Source: Marsupella aquatica (lineage: Eukaryota; Plantae; Marchantiophyta). From it: DNA of 64,000 nt. The stretch covers positions 1,700,515-1,764,514 of the forward strand of contig OZ316897.1 of NCBI GenBank assembly GCA_973895155.1. The letters run 5' to 3'. How positions within the stretch are numbered: position 1 is the stretch's first letter; every line of letters begins with the position of its first letter. A model generated the notes under the pieces. That model saw nothing but the letters and a program-made list of their open reading frames with translations. It was not told the DNA's origin and did no database searches. The position numbers and the translations under genes are program-made. Below are positions 47,030 through 59,737 of the stretch, one piece after another.

Positions 47030-48521
47030 AGTGGTGGACCTTGCTACCCAGCGCCCTCACCAATCCCAGCACTTGCGCCTAAGTGCCCTTGGTGTCCGAA
47101 CGCCTCCACGGAATACCTTGAGCAAGCATCCAAGTGCCTCTAGCACCACCAGCGGCCACTCCCATACGAAGCCGCACTTGCTCACATACACAACCGCTAC
47201 TCAACGGTCCTCACTGTCTGCACAAACAACTGAGCACCTCGGTAAGTAACCCCTCCGGATCTAGAACTCGCCAAGTCTAGAATCCTAACTCAAGCTCAAC
47301 AGACGTTGGTAAATAGGTCAGCAATAGGTCCTCCCGACGCCATAAGCCGGAACCAGAACCCACGCCCATTGTCCGTCCAGGACAGCTCCTTCCTTGGGCG
47401 CGGCCCGGGTTCCCCCTTGTACCTATCCATCACCAACTGACCACCCTGACCCCAGGACATGCTCATGGCCCAAATAGCGTAGCTTGTCCTAAAGCTTGTC
47501 CTAAGCTTGTCTCAACACGCCGGGACCAGAATGGCCCCGACTCTAACATCGACTCCCGGTTTGCCCCACTGATGGTCTAGGGACCGAGAGCCCTTGGGAC
47601 TCAGCCTCCATACCTACTTGGCCTTGCCTCCCCCAATGCAAGCTCCCTTGGGAGGCTGAACGCGGCTTGGCTGCTATTCGGTAGGATTTGGCAAACGGAT
47701 GAGCTAACACCCACAAACCACAAGAACCCATGGCACCCCCAGACCCAGCTGAGCTTAGGAAGGCGTAGCCCTCCTCAAGAGCTTTCCAACGCACCTAAGA
47801 AGTCCTCCAATGGACTTCCCGTTGGGAAGATATCGCCATTTTTGTTTGGCGGTTTCCCTTAGTGTCGCGACCGTCGCGGCTCACGACTTTGGCTCGCCCT
47901 TAGCCCCCAAGGAGACACCACTCCCCTCATATATGCTTCTGGGGACCTGCCACCCCCGGACCAACTTTGGTCCCGAAACATTTGGCCCCCAACCCGGATC
48001 CCATCGCGCATAATGGGCGCGCCACCAACTGGCAACACCCATAACTTTCTTGATAGGCATCCGCAAGCGGAGTGCCTTAGCCCGTTGTGACCGGGCCGGC
48101 CCAGTGCTCATGCCTAGGCCCTCAGGTCTGATCACCGCTCAAGGCCCCTGACCGGCCCAACCCGGATCGGGCCACAACTCGCGCCCCAAGCGTCCGTTGC
48201 CAATGGCATCAACTCCATTGGCCTTGGGCCCAAGAGGAGCTCACTCCCAAGCCCTCAGAACTCAAAGCCCATCTGATGGTCCGGATGGCCACCCTTGAGC
48301 CCGGCCCATTTCCCCTTGACCCAACCAGCCATAGGCTAGTCCAAGTCCTTAGTGTGTCCCAGCTTGGCCCCTTGCCTCGCCAGTGCCACGTCTCATTGCC
48401 CACAAGTCTCCCCATGCTAAGCCCTCCCCGGATGGCCTATCCGGGCCTGGACCATAAGGGAGCTCGGCATCGGAGTCAGCGACGCCGGAGCTAAGTGTTA
48501 AGGTAGTCGAGTTCCGCGACT
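47030..48521 (-). repeat. 5' LTR of the chromovirus (AGT...ACT ends)
   Basis: Direct repeat of 9978-11470. Confidence 0.95.
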
Positions 48522-48584
48522 GGTTCCTCTCACATCCATAATTATTAGTAGGAGGCTGCCACAATAAATTTAAATACACTAGTT

Positions 48585-50198
48585 TTAGTGTTCTGAGCGA
48601 ATTAACGCATTGTATCCGATACTCGATGATTGGAGGCATCCTCCTGGATGTCTATGGAAATGTAATGCATGCATCATGCCAGTTGATTGCAATCCGAGTC
48701 TACGCCGTGCTGCAGCTACACTACTATGATTGTTCCAAAAATGAAGCAAGTTCGGTGCATCATTATTAGAATCATTTTGTTCCTCCACTTCTAACTCCCC
48801 ATCTTCATCTGTCCACAAATCATTTCTGCTAATAACAAAATTGTGTAATTTTGCACACATTAGTATCCAACGTACGAGCCACACACAATCTTTGTTCTCC
48901 TTCAGTTGAATCCGCATTTCCCTCAACGAATGCCAACGTGACTTCAGTACCCCAATGCAATGCTCATTTGTTACCCTGGCAGTCGCAACACACATGTTGA
49001 ATTCCTCCTTCTCCTGGCTGCTCTCAGACCGTTGGTAGGAGCAAACCAAATGCTCCATTATCTGGTATCCGCTGTCTCCAAGCAAGTACTGAGTTCTTCC
49101 AAAAAGGTGTCCATCATTTTGTTTGCGGTAGAGTGTTGATCTCTTATAACAAGTGAGATCTGAACAAGACCCGGGCATACCTGCATGATGCAAGCAGAGT
49201 GCAGTCAGTGATCATCACATGAAGGTCTTTTCACATCCAACTTCATGATATTGCAATATGGCAAAATCATGTCATCGTGACATCATAGCGAAGAACATGC
49301 TTCATTATTATCCTTCTTGATAGTTTGGTAGTCAAACACGGCGACATCACAGAAGAAAGGAGAAGGACATGCTTACCAGTGTACATGTATAGGATCTTGC
49401 GTCTGTGATCACAAACAACTTGGGCATTTAGCGAGTACCTTGACTTCCTGTCAAAATAATATTCTCCACCAGTTTTGGGTCTTTGAGACAAAGGGATTAA
49501 CGTTCCATCTAACAGCCCAACGCAGCCAGGAATCCTCTTTTGATAAACTCATCTGAAATCCTTTGACGCTCTGCTCTCTTAGGCCATTTCAAGTATTGCT
49601 TCAGGGCACACTCTAAAGCGGTCACTGAGCGAGTTGTGAAATTACAAAGTGTCCCATTACTTACTCCCCATGTAGGAATGAGACGGGAAAGGCATGCACC
49701 ATTACCATCATGACCTAGCCGATCAAGAGCCACTGCAAGCTGCCAAGCAACAGGTGCATGTGGATTGTTTGATTTGCTTTGGAAAATGGGGTGCTCCTCA
49801 ATGAGGTCAACAAGTGCATAGAACGATTCCCTGTCCATTCGAGTCATTTGCCGAAACTCACGAGGAAGCATACAGTCAAAAAATTGGGTTACATATTCTT
49901 TTGACTTGTTGAAGAAGATTCTATCATTCAAAAATCTAGTGTTGTCCATGACAGCATACAATTCAAACAACTCTTTAGGATTCCCCTCCAATTCTAACAT
50001 GTCCCCACAATCATCAAATTCATTAGAGGAGTCCAGGTCTATATTTGAATCTGAATCAGTGAGCTGTACATTGTTGCTGCTCATACAATCAGCACTTGAG
50101 TAAATTCCGTCATCATCAGAGCTTTCAAGTGCAATGTTCAGGTTCAGTGTTTCCCTCACAGCAGTGAGAGCCTTTTGACGTTCCGATATTCGAGGCAT
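48585..50198 (-). pseudogene. PIF/Harbinger DDE transposase (HARBI1-like); one intron and one frameshift
   Basis: LDGTLIPL...YFDRKSRYSLNAQVVCD, G|MPGSCSD across the GT-AG intron 49376-49181, YLLGDSGY, ARVTNEHCIGVLKSRW; 1-bp loss near 49530. Confidence 0.93.
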
Positions 50199-50388
50199 GA
50201 TGGCACTGAACAGAATTACAACATCATCAGGAACCAAAACAAGTGTGGAGACCAATCACAATATTGCTAAAAGGGTTGTGCATCCATAATCTTCTTTGGT
50301 CAGAATTGTGCTCAAATAAAATCATCAGAAACCATGGCCATTGCCTATTGAAAGATTGGATTACAATACAGAACCAAAATTGTTTGGC

Positions 50389-51036
50389 TCACTCATCATC
50401 ACTATCTAGATTATGGAATTTCAAAGTCCTCACTAAATCATCTAATACTTCTGTGATCTGCTTGGCTGTTTTTTTCCCCTTCTGTGATGACGTGCTGGCT
50501 TTCCTGGGGGAGACAGCAAATAGTCGATGTGCAGGATAGTGAGGAGAAGGGGGAATAGATTGAAGCACTGTGTCCACAAAGGACATGTGCAAGACCTTCA
50601 CCGCATATTCATTTCCAGATAGAGTGATTTCCACTCGATGCAATTTTTGGGTGACACCAAGGACAGTGCGTGTCTGCTCCAACTCACTTAACAGTGCAAG
50701 GGCATGTGGAGTGGAATCCAACATGGTGGAGGCTACTCCCCATATCTGTGCACGCATAGGGGTAACTGGCGCATGTATTGCATCGCAAAGAACTACATGG
50801 AATCAAAAGGTAGGCTTTCCAGGGAGATTGTGGTTACATTTGGGCCCAAACTCAAGGGACTTCAAGCACAGTCGCCCGGATGTGAACCTGTGAGGACACG
50901 CGGAATATAAAAATTTCCTAGGATGGGGATTTGGGGCCTCAAAGTTCACTAGCCATGCCAGAGCAGGAGAGAAATTTCTACACTCTCCAGCTGATCTACT
51001 TTCATCCACTTCAGCGAGAGACGTCCACCCAACCAT
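50389..51036 (-). pseudogene. Harbinger cargo ORF resembling the RPA1 C-terminal zinc-binding OB fold; one in-frame stop
   Basis: ORFs 50803..51036 and 50389..50757 share a frame; FLYSACP...RLCLK...C...F*FHVVLCD...IWGVASTML. Confidence 0.5.
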
Positions 51037-53673
51037 GGTCGCTTCTGCAATTCATTCCGGGATGAGGCACTATGTCATACACAATATGTAGAACCTCGTG
51101 GCACTTTCATGAAACTAAATCACAAACTTGTCCATCTTGGATCATGGGTGAATGCTGAGAGTACGTACCTAGCTAAGTTTGCACTGATCATTTGATGTTG
51201 AACTCGTCCCGGTATGCGATCTTGATTTCTCTACAAAACCACCACCAAAATTCAGGGAGCACAGTCATAGCATGCGAGGGAGAGTAGTAATTACTTGATT
51301 CATGTTATGCACCAAAGAATTGAAGGTCTACCGCTATGGTGAACTTACATGATACCTGAGGGCCTGGGGAGACCATCATTCGGGACCTTGTGGGGAGACT
51401 TCGTTTCTCGTAATGGATGACGGGGACAATTCTGAAGGTGTGGCTTTTGGTGCGTCGCGTTCAAACTGTACTGCGACAAAAGAGGTGTACAGTATTGGCA
51501 CCCACGTTAAGGGACATGTGTTAAAGTTAAGTGTTAATGGTACTGCCCGCGGCCAACACTTACGGGAGCCAATTTGGGTCTCCCGTAATAGTTACGGCCA
51601 GACCCGTAACTACTTCATTACGGGTGGATGTTAACCCGCTACGGGCCAGCTTTGAGACGCCCTATTAGAGACTTAACTTAATTCAACATTCTTATCCCCT
51701 CTTGTATAGTGTGCCTTTTTCACTTGCATCTGTTTGTGGAAGTGTTTGTTTAAATTTCTTGGACTCCATGGATCGAGGCAATCTTTTGACAGTAGCTTAC
51801 ATTCTATTTAAATTTCTTGGACTCCATGGAGAGTTCCCGGGTATTGTCCCGGTTTTGAAAATAAATAAATAAATAATTCTTGGACTCCATGGAGGCAATC
51901 GTTTGACAGTAGCTGACACATTTTGACCCGCTTTGCAAAGTCCAGCCCCAGTCTAGTTTTAGTCCATTTATGAGGGGTTGGTTATTCAGTGCAAGATCAC
52001 CTGAGCTCAAACTCTTGCCACTAAATTCTTCCTCAGTTCATAGTTGTATTCCACGCCTTCCAGATGGGTAACAAATGCATTCATGCCTAGCTCATAATTG
52101 TGCCTAACTTTGCAACCTTTATGGGAGCCTGAGCACTTTGCTTATGTAATCATGCATTTTTTTAAACCATACTTATATTTCAGATGTAAGATACAAGGGG
52201 GTTGAAACCAAAATGTTCTATCTAATTATAAAAAACTGGAGATAATCATTTCAGATGTAAACTACAATAGTTATACTTACTGCTCAAGCCTTAGAATAAA
52301 GAAAAATGGCGAACCATTTGTTCTTATTTTTAAATTTAGCTCTAATCAATGGAGATGATACACTAATATAACCAATTTAAAAAACATTTGGCTGATAAAG
52401 TGCTCAAGGAAGAATCGAAGTTATAAATTGTGGCGCGTTTCCCAACACCTCTAACCCCAAGAACCATCCGCCACCGGCTATAAACCCCTACTTATGGTCG
52501 GCTTATGGTTTGGCTACCATTCGGCTTGGAAACGCGATCTACTCTCGATCCACACTATGCTGGACCGATTCTTTCACTGGGCTTGCGAATTGTGCATTGC
52601 TGTGACACCTAATTCTTAATTGACTTCGTCGGGTATGTTTGTATTTCGCCCCTGGAATGTACCTCTACGGCTTAATCTCTTAAGCCGGCTGAAGGTTTTT
52701 CTCAGACCGACTCAACCCACACTCTAACCAACAAAACACTCTCAATCCTCACTTTTCTCTCAGAGTTTGGTTTGGTAGTCTCCAATCAAGACAATGCGAT
52801 CGTATAGCTTCACAGTATCGCTCTAGCTGACTCAAATCGATCAAGTGACAAGTATCACAACACACAACGCCAGGATTGCAAGAATCTACAAACTAGGCAA
52901 CAAGGCCAACTCAATTCAAACAATTGCACATAAATGGAAATTTGTGGTTTACTGATAATCCGCGGTCTAGATTTAGCCGAGAGCTGTATGCTAGCAATAC
53001 TGATTTTACACTAGAGTCTTGACTAAGAAAAAGCCCCCCAAGCCATGTTGCCCAGGTTTTTATCCTTGCAGCGCATTCAGGGGAAAAGGCGGAAATCCTA
53101 ACCACAACTCACGGCCTTCCACCGCAATAATCCAACTAAAAAACTATCACCTAAAAAACTTGACTAGCCCATAACCTTGTGGGAACTGAGCATCTAATAC
53201 TACCTAAGCCGACAGGGCGCTACTTGCCCTGTCCCATCCTACTACCACGTCCTCCTTCCAACTGATGACTGACCCTCCTTAATTGTCAGATGATCGGGGG
53301 TAAGCCCGAATCATCCGACTCTACGCCTTCTCCTGCCATCGGCTCCGGCTTGATCCCTTCGGCTTCCTCGACTTTGGGTTCTGGTTTGTCGGCCCCGACA
53401 TCGGCTGCAGCATTGGCATCCTCCTGGGAAATGGCTTGGATAGCGTTGGCCTTCAGTTCCTCAATCCAAGCCCGCTCTCCAATACGTTTTGTATCGATCT
53501 TCCACGGCTTCACATTCTGGTAGTCCATGGTGGCTGTACCGGTGTCTGAACCTGTTACCGCAGCTCCAAGTTCATCGGCATTACTTATCTCTACCACGGA
53601 TGCCTTTGTAGCAATAGTCCCACAAATGTGGGCGGCCATACTCTCGACCTCTTCTGGCATGGCTTTAAGAGGT

Positions 53674-56091
53674 TGTGACGCCAATGACATGGTCCTTATT
53701 CTGTAATCTGATTAAGTAGGTTGCTGTATGCAAGGAGTAACTATTGATATTGCATAACAATTAGCAAGATGGCAAGAATAAGGGCAAATCATGGCGTTAA
53801 GAGTAGGGAAATAAAAGCTATGTCGCGGGTGGTCGGCGACCATATCTTTTTCAATATGTCACCAAATCCGGATTTGTAAAGAGCATTGGAAAGATCTGGT
53901 CAAGGCAAGTAAAATCAATATAAAACACTCGAGAAACGAAGGTGTATTAAGGAAGATACAGCCTGATTAGTATGATGGGTTAACTTGTGGCCGGAATTAA
54001 CGGATTCGGCTTCAGTTTCGGGTTAACCCAAGCTCGGCCACGGCTTAGCTTAGGTAAGCACGGCTTCAGCTTAGCTCAGGTAAGCACGGCTTCAGCTTAG
54101 CTGAGGTCAGCACAGCTTCAGCTTAGGCTTAACCCGGGTTCGGATTAGATTGATCCCGGGTTAGACTGAACTTGGGTTAGCCTAAACTTGGGCTTGGGTT
54201 AGCATAGGCAAGCTCGGGTTCGGGCTCAGCTTAGCCTAGGTTAGCGGATAGTGGGTAGCGGCCTAACCCGAGACCACGGGTTAGCTTTACTCGGGTTAGA
54301 TAGGATAGCTAGGTTAGCCAAACTCGGGTTAGCTATGTAACTCGGGTTAGCACAGCAGTGAGTACCCTCTCTCGGTTGCAGGGGTATAACTCTTTGTGTA
54401 TTTGACCAAATTGGCTATAATTGACCTCGTTGGAAAGAGGAGCTCAAGCCGCTTCCAACGTTGCTATCCACGCAGCAAATGGTTGAATAGAGAAATCGGG
54501 AGAGGAGGCGCAAGCTCGTGAAAACCATGGAGGAGGGCCAAATCCGAAGTACATAGCCAATTCAAGATAAAAATAAAGTTGCGAGTTAGGGTTCAATAGT
54601 TAGAGATAGTGGCGGCTCTATTAGGGCTGGGATGGGGCTCCGGCAGCATAGTATCCACCCATTTGGGCTCTGTATGAGAGTATATAGAGCAGCCCCCCGG
54701 TAGAGGCAGGGGGGACTTCAGTTGTGTGATCTCACGTAGACTGAGCAACAGGGAGGAGCTCTGTGCGAGGAAGGTTGGGCTTGGAAGTTGTGTGTTGGGG
54801 AGAGCTTGGCTGTGCTATTACTCAGGGAGTAATCAGCCACGCTTCACAGCAACAGTTGGCCAGGTTTGCAAGCTAGATTGTGGCTCTTTCTAGTAGGCAA
54901 CACAACTGGGTTCTTTTCCCCGATATAGAGCCTTGGTGAAGGTGATGTGTTGGTGATTGTAAACTGTGGGGAGGATTTCAATGTGATTTGCGGTGAGCAC
55001 ATTAGGGAGGCTGAGATACTGATTGAGGGGCAGCAGGAGGAGCATTTATAGTTTGGTCTGGCAAGGCTACGTGATCCATGGGGAGTCCCGGCCTTTGTCT
55101 GGTAGAGAGCACTAAGGGATTTATGGCCAGAGCTGAGCTTGCAGGGCAAGCATGAGGCCGAGCCTCATTATAGTCTGGGGTAGATTGCCGTTAGGCCTGG
55201 TACCACCTTTGAAGTCAAGTCAACTGTGCATGCGTACTTGACATTCTGAAATGGAGGTGTGAGATCTGTACGTGCCCCCAAGAATGAAGTGTAGTGAAGG
55301 AGGTTGAGTTTAGGATTGAGTTTGCAAGGCAAGTACGAGATTGGTTCGAGTCCAATCTGCCGTCGCAATCTGGAGTGAGCCGGGCTCAGGTTCAGGATTG
55401 AGCTTGCATGGCAAGCACGGGGCTTGCGGGGCAAGCGCGTTGCAATTTGGAGGAGACAGCCTTTGGGCCTAGTGTTCGGATCAAGTATTCTCAGTGAACT
55501 ATTGTGCACATCTTTGAATCTAATTGAGTTTTCCTCTTAGGCCTCATTTCTCTCATGGATGTGTGTGTGTGTGAGGCAATTTGAGTGTATGATGGGACTA
55601 GCAGCGCCACTGAGAGGTGTACCGGGTGCATTGAAGTGGGTTGGGTGAGGGCTGTCACAACTCTGATTGCTGAGAGTGGAATGGCAGAGTGGTGGGGCAA
55701 TGGCTTAGAAGTCCCTAAGCCGGGAATCAGTCAGGAGTCACTGGTTTATGGGTACATTCCGGCGGCGAAATAGAAATATACCTATGACAGTAAGCATACA
55801 TATAGACATATGCGCACCGTAGCGCTAGGCCCTGTGTGTACGGGCCCAATATGAAGACCCCTTCTCACCAGAACTATCATGAGCACAGGATCTGATTCCT
55901 AACCTTGGTTCCTAGGGATTGAGCTTGGGTGATGTGTGATAGAGTCTTGCTATGATAGTCTGGTGTTAAGGGCATAAACTGGTGTTTACCGGCCTTCATA
56001 GCATCCCTTCGTGATCCTCAGGTACAAGGAGATGGTTTTGGCACCCAATAGTGACGGTTTTGGTGTTGAGACCCATGTCAATCGCGTGACA
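53674..56091. mobile_element. 2.4-kb solo LTR of another family
   Basis: TGTGACG...CGTGACA ends; exact GAGGT TSD (53669-53673 / 56092-56096); interrupts the copy-3 ORF. Confidence 0.88.
54005..54352. repeat. Degenerate tandem repeats (GCTTAGCT.AGGTAAGCACGGCTTCA and CGGGTTAG units)
   Basis: Three ~26-bp units at 54040-54125 and many GGGTTAG motifs. Confidence 0.8.
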
Positions 56092-59000
56092 GAGGTACCC
56101 CAGAAGTACCTGCTGGCCCCATGAATGTTTTGGCCAGATCCGCAACCAACTGCATTGCCTTACCCCCAGTTACTCTTGACAATATAGATGTTGGCTTCGG
56201 CACCTCAGTATTCCTGGCGACCACGCCACTAGCGGGAGACCATCCAGTTGGTGATCCGTGCCCGGCTTTGGCATACTTTCACAACTTCTCTGTTTGATTA
56301 TCCGCACGCCTCTACAAGCCGATCATCTTGTCTTTGGCCTCCTCCAGCTCTTGGGATAAATCCTCAACCTCCTCATTAAGCCGGTGCGCCTCCTCTTTGG
56401 CCGTCTTGAGCTCCTCGTTTAAGATCTGCACAACCTCAAACTCCTGCTTATCCAAAGCGGCTCTTTGGGAATCGTTGATGCTTTCCAGCTTTGTAACCTC
56501 ATCCGTCCATGCCTGCTTTGTCCTGGTTAGCTCCTCCTGAAGCTCCTTGCGTATCTGTTGGACTCAGCTTAGGTGATCATTGGCCGCTGTGCAAATGGCA
56601 TCCTCATGCTTCTCACGCATGGCCTCCAACCGGTCAAGTAACTTGTCATACTTCCTTTGGGCTTCTGCCAAGGCCTTCTCGCTCTGGGTGGCCTGCTCCT
56701 TAGCCGTCTTTCTAAGCCTCTCGACTTGGGCGATTTAGACCCTGTACCTCTGCTTTTGAATCGGCTAACTTCAGCTCTACCTTCGTCAATTTTTCCTTGA
56801 TCTGCTGGTTATCCAATTGGTAGTTTTCCAATTGGTTGTTCGGCACTTCCAATTCATGCATCTTAGCCCAGAGATCCTGCTGAGTTGGTTGATCAAATTC
56901 TGTCTTAGCAACTTCGGCTTCCATGGAGCGAAGCCAAGCGATTACCTCTTCTTTCTTTAATCGCTCCAACGTCATTGCCTCCTCCAACCTTGTTTGGTCA
57001 GCCATTTCCTTTCTAAGAAATGGTCCGGATTCTAACTCATTGCCAAAGATTTCTAAGGCTAATAGTCCACACATGTCTCCATACTCCCTAGCCCGATCCC
57101 TGGCATATTTTGACCTGCTAGGTGATACTGGCAGCCAACAAGGCCATTTCTCCCAAGCTTCTGCCCGTAATTGATCAAAGTTAGTGAGAGGTTCGGCCTG
57201 CTTCTCACTAAGCCGTCTTATGTCCTCCGGTCAATCACCGCCTGGTAGCTGCCGTTCCTGCATGTCATTTTGGGCCCTCCCGTCATCGAGTTTCTCCTTC
57301 AGACCTGCCTCGGCTTCCTTCATTCGGTCAAATTCCAATGGTGTCACGTCCGGTGGAGGAGACTCTGGGGTTATCTGATCCTCCAGCTTGCCATAAAAGA
57401 CTGAGGGAAGTCTTCTACAAAACCTTCCCAACGTTCTCACTCCCGGCACCGGTCTCTCCCCATGATCGACAACTTCATCGTCGTAGTCATCCACATTAAC
57501 CTGACTACCGAGCATGCCGGCCTCTTCTGCAAAGCCCCCAATCTCCTCCTGTGAGTATTGTTGGGCTGCCACAGGTTGATTTACCTCCACCGGTTCCTCC
57601 ACTCGGGCCCGGCTAGAAGCTCTAGGGACTAGCCTCTCCGGACTTCGGCCTTGGCTTCATCTTCTGACTCCGAATCCATTTGCTCATCTCCTTTCTTTCT
57701 TTCTTCGGCAGTCATCTTCCTCTCTACCAGTTGAATACCTGCATATGGGTTATTACGAGTAGGCCGTCGCAGCGGATTTCTCACCACATCATATGTTATC
57801 ACCTCTGGTTCCTTGAGAGGGAAATTCTCCCGTCCCTGGACTGCCTGTATTGCCGACCTCTTCTCTTGCCGTCGCTTGTTCAGGGGCTGCTCGTCCTCCT
57901 CCACCTCCTCAAGTGGTGCAGTGATCGGCATCCGCTCCTGTATAGGCAACACTGGTGCAAAAGATTGGCTTCTTGCATATCGGCAAAGTAATTGTAGATG
58001 GTACCCTAGTCTGGATACCGCTCCTTCCCCAATGCTCTGCTTCTCTTCATTTAATGCCTTCTTCAACTGCATTAAGAGATAGCCGTTGTAGTCTCGGCTT
58101 GAATCGATATTCTCCACCAAAAATACCTGGGCTTTGCCAATTTCTGCTCTCGGCAAAGTACAATGCAACGTGACTCTCAGAAAATCAATCAGCTGCCCTA
58201 TATGCGGGTTTGTACATTGATTCCTGAAGAACCCATTTTTAGTGGAAGGCCCTGGAAATGACCTGAACTGGTCATCCGACAACGTCTTCCTTTGCTCCAC
58301 CTTAGTCTTCCTTCCTGTTGGTAAAGCGAAGACGGCTTCGATAAACGCAGGTGTTAGTTTGAACACCTTTCCATACAACAGCGTCGTGTTGGAAGAAGCC
58401 TCCCAGCATCCCACGAAGTCCAACAGATCCTCATCTGGTATCTCAATTAACCACCATGGTAATCGGATGAATCCCTCTAAGCCAGTGTTGTTCATGTATC
58501 CCGAATACTTGTTATCCTAGATAGCACAGAAGACCTCATCTTCTTCTCGTGCAAACTGCAGTTGTAAGTTGGCAGGTAGCCTATCCGCCCAACCCGCCAT
58601 AAACTTATCCTCTACTGCTCTATCACGAACTGGCATGGCTTCAGCCTTAGCCTGCCTCTCCGACCGGTTTTGCTTAGCTGGTGTTGTAGATGCCGAACTA
58701 CCCTTACGCTTCATCTACTCCGTTCCTGAGAACTCTCCAAGAATGGCTTCCTTGCTCCAAGCCAAAGTGTGACCCTTCAACTCCCACACCGGCTGCCCAG
58801 CGTTCTTAATCGCCTCCCTAATTCCAACGACTTGATTTTGTTGGATCAGCAATTTGTCAAGCTCGGCACTGGTGGGAGTCCATGCGAATTTCTCAAGGAC
58901 CTCTTTTGTTCCCGCAAAATCCGCCTTGTGAATTCCCCATAACCGCGCAAGCTCCGCCCATTCCCTTGCTGCTCGTTCCGGCTCGACATCTTCGTAAGTT

Positions 59001-59737
59001 GGTATGAGCTGCCGTGCTTCTTCAAGCAAACAACCCCAAAACTTGGCCGCTTGATTCACCGTGGTCATTCCAGCAAAAGAGAAAAGAGCTTGAGCAATTC
59101 CCTAACCACCTCCCCCAATCGATCGGCAGCTGCTTCCACCTCCCTAGGTTGATCGAACAAGCAAATGAGCAAGTGTACAGAGTGTCGATCCCCTCCTTAC
59201 GAAGCTGCCTCCTGATGGCTTACCTGATCAAGCCCAGATTAGGTCATAACCCTAATCCCACTTAATCGCGACCGTTGGATCCGATCCTATCACAATCTCC
59301 CCCGAACACGTTGTAATCGGCTTCGATCCTTATTCCATCTACCTAATCCTTATTTAGCCATTATTTTAGGCTTAACTAAGTACTTCGTGATCCTGGCAAG
59401 GCATCACATAAACATCAGTCAATTCGTAGCCTTGTGACGTTTGTAAAACTCTACTGTACTACCCTGGAGAAATTCAGGAAGTATTAAAGAAATGGATAAA
59501 TCAGAAAATCAAAACTGCTATTATATTCATCATTACTGACTTTCAGAAGAGAAATTGTTTCAAAGTCCAATTTGATGATTGAATTGAAAATTGGTTTTCC
59601 TAGGAAGTTGGTTCTACAATAGTTTAGCCGTATGAGTAGGTGAGAATTTTTTAATTTTCTCACTTTTTCAGGTTTTGGGATTAGCAATGGTGTATTCTTT
59701 TGAGTTTAGTGTTTGTGCTCCATGGACCTTTAAACAC

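Larger units (their letters stand above)
9978..48521 (-). mobile_element. Ty3/gypsy chromovirus LTR retrotransposon, disrupted by three insertions and an inversion
   Basis: Two ~1.49-kb LTRs; exact GGTTC TSD (9973-9977 / 48522-48526); PBS, PPT, gag with CCHC, PR, RT, RH, INT and chromodomain all present. Confidence 0.95.
2674..51663. mobile_element. PIF/Harbinger (PHIS)-type DNA transposon, about 10.4 kb once the nested retroelement is removed
   Basis: Perfect 24-bp TIRs AGGGCGTCTCAAAGCTGGCCCGTA (2674-2697 / 51640-51663); ATT TSD (2671-2673 / 51664-51666), confirmed by the empty site in the opposite foldback arm (~60181-60205); Myb-like and DDE transposase genes in convergent orientation. 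Confidence 0.95.
52429..59408 (-). mobile_element. ORF-bearing TG...CA unit, copy 3 (diverged subfamily; about 4.56 kb without the nested solo LTR)
   Basis: TGTGGCGC...GGCATCACA ends; flanks TAAAT/TAAAC; ORF pieces from ~59338 to 53286 homologous to copies 1 and 2 (shared FRSFPGPSTKNGFFRN.CTNPHIG). Confidence 0.88.

Noticed and set aside
2675-51662. Canonical TTA TSD with GGG-starting TIRs for the Harbinger
   Set aside because: The right flank would be TAT, and the empty site fits only ATT with a TIR starting at A.
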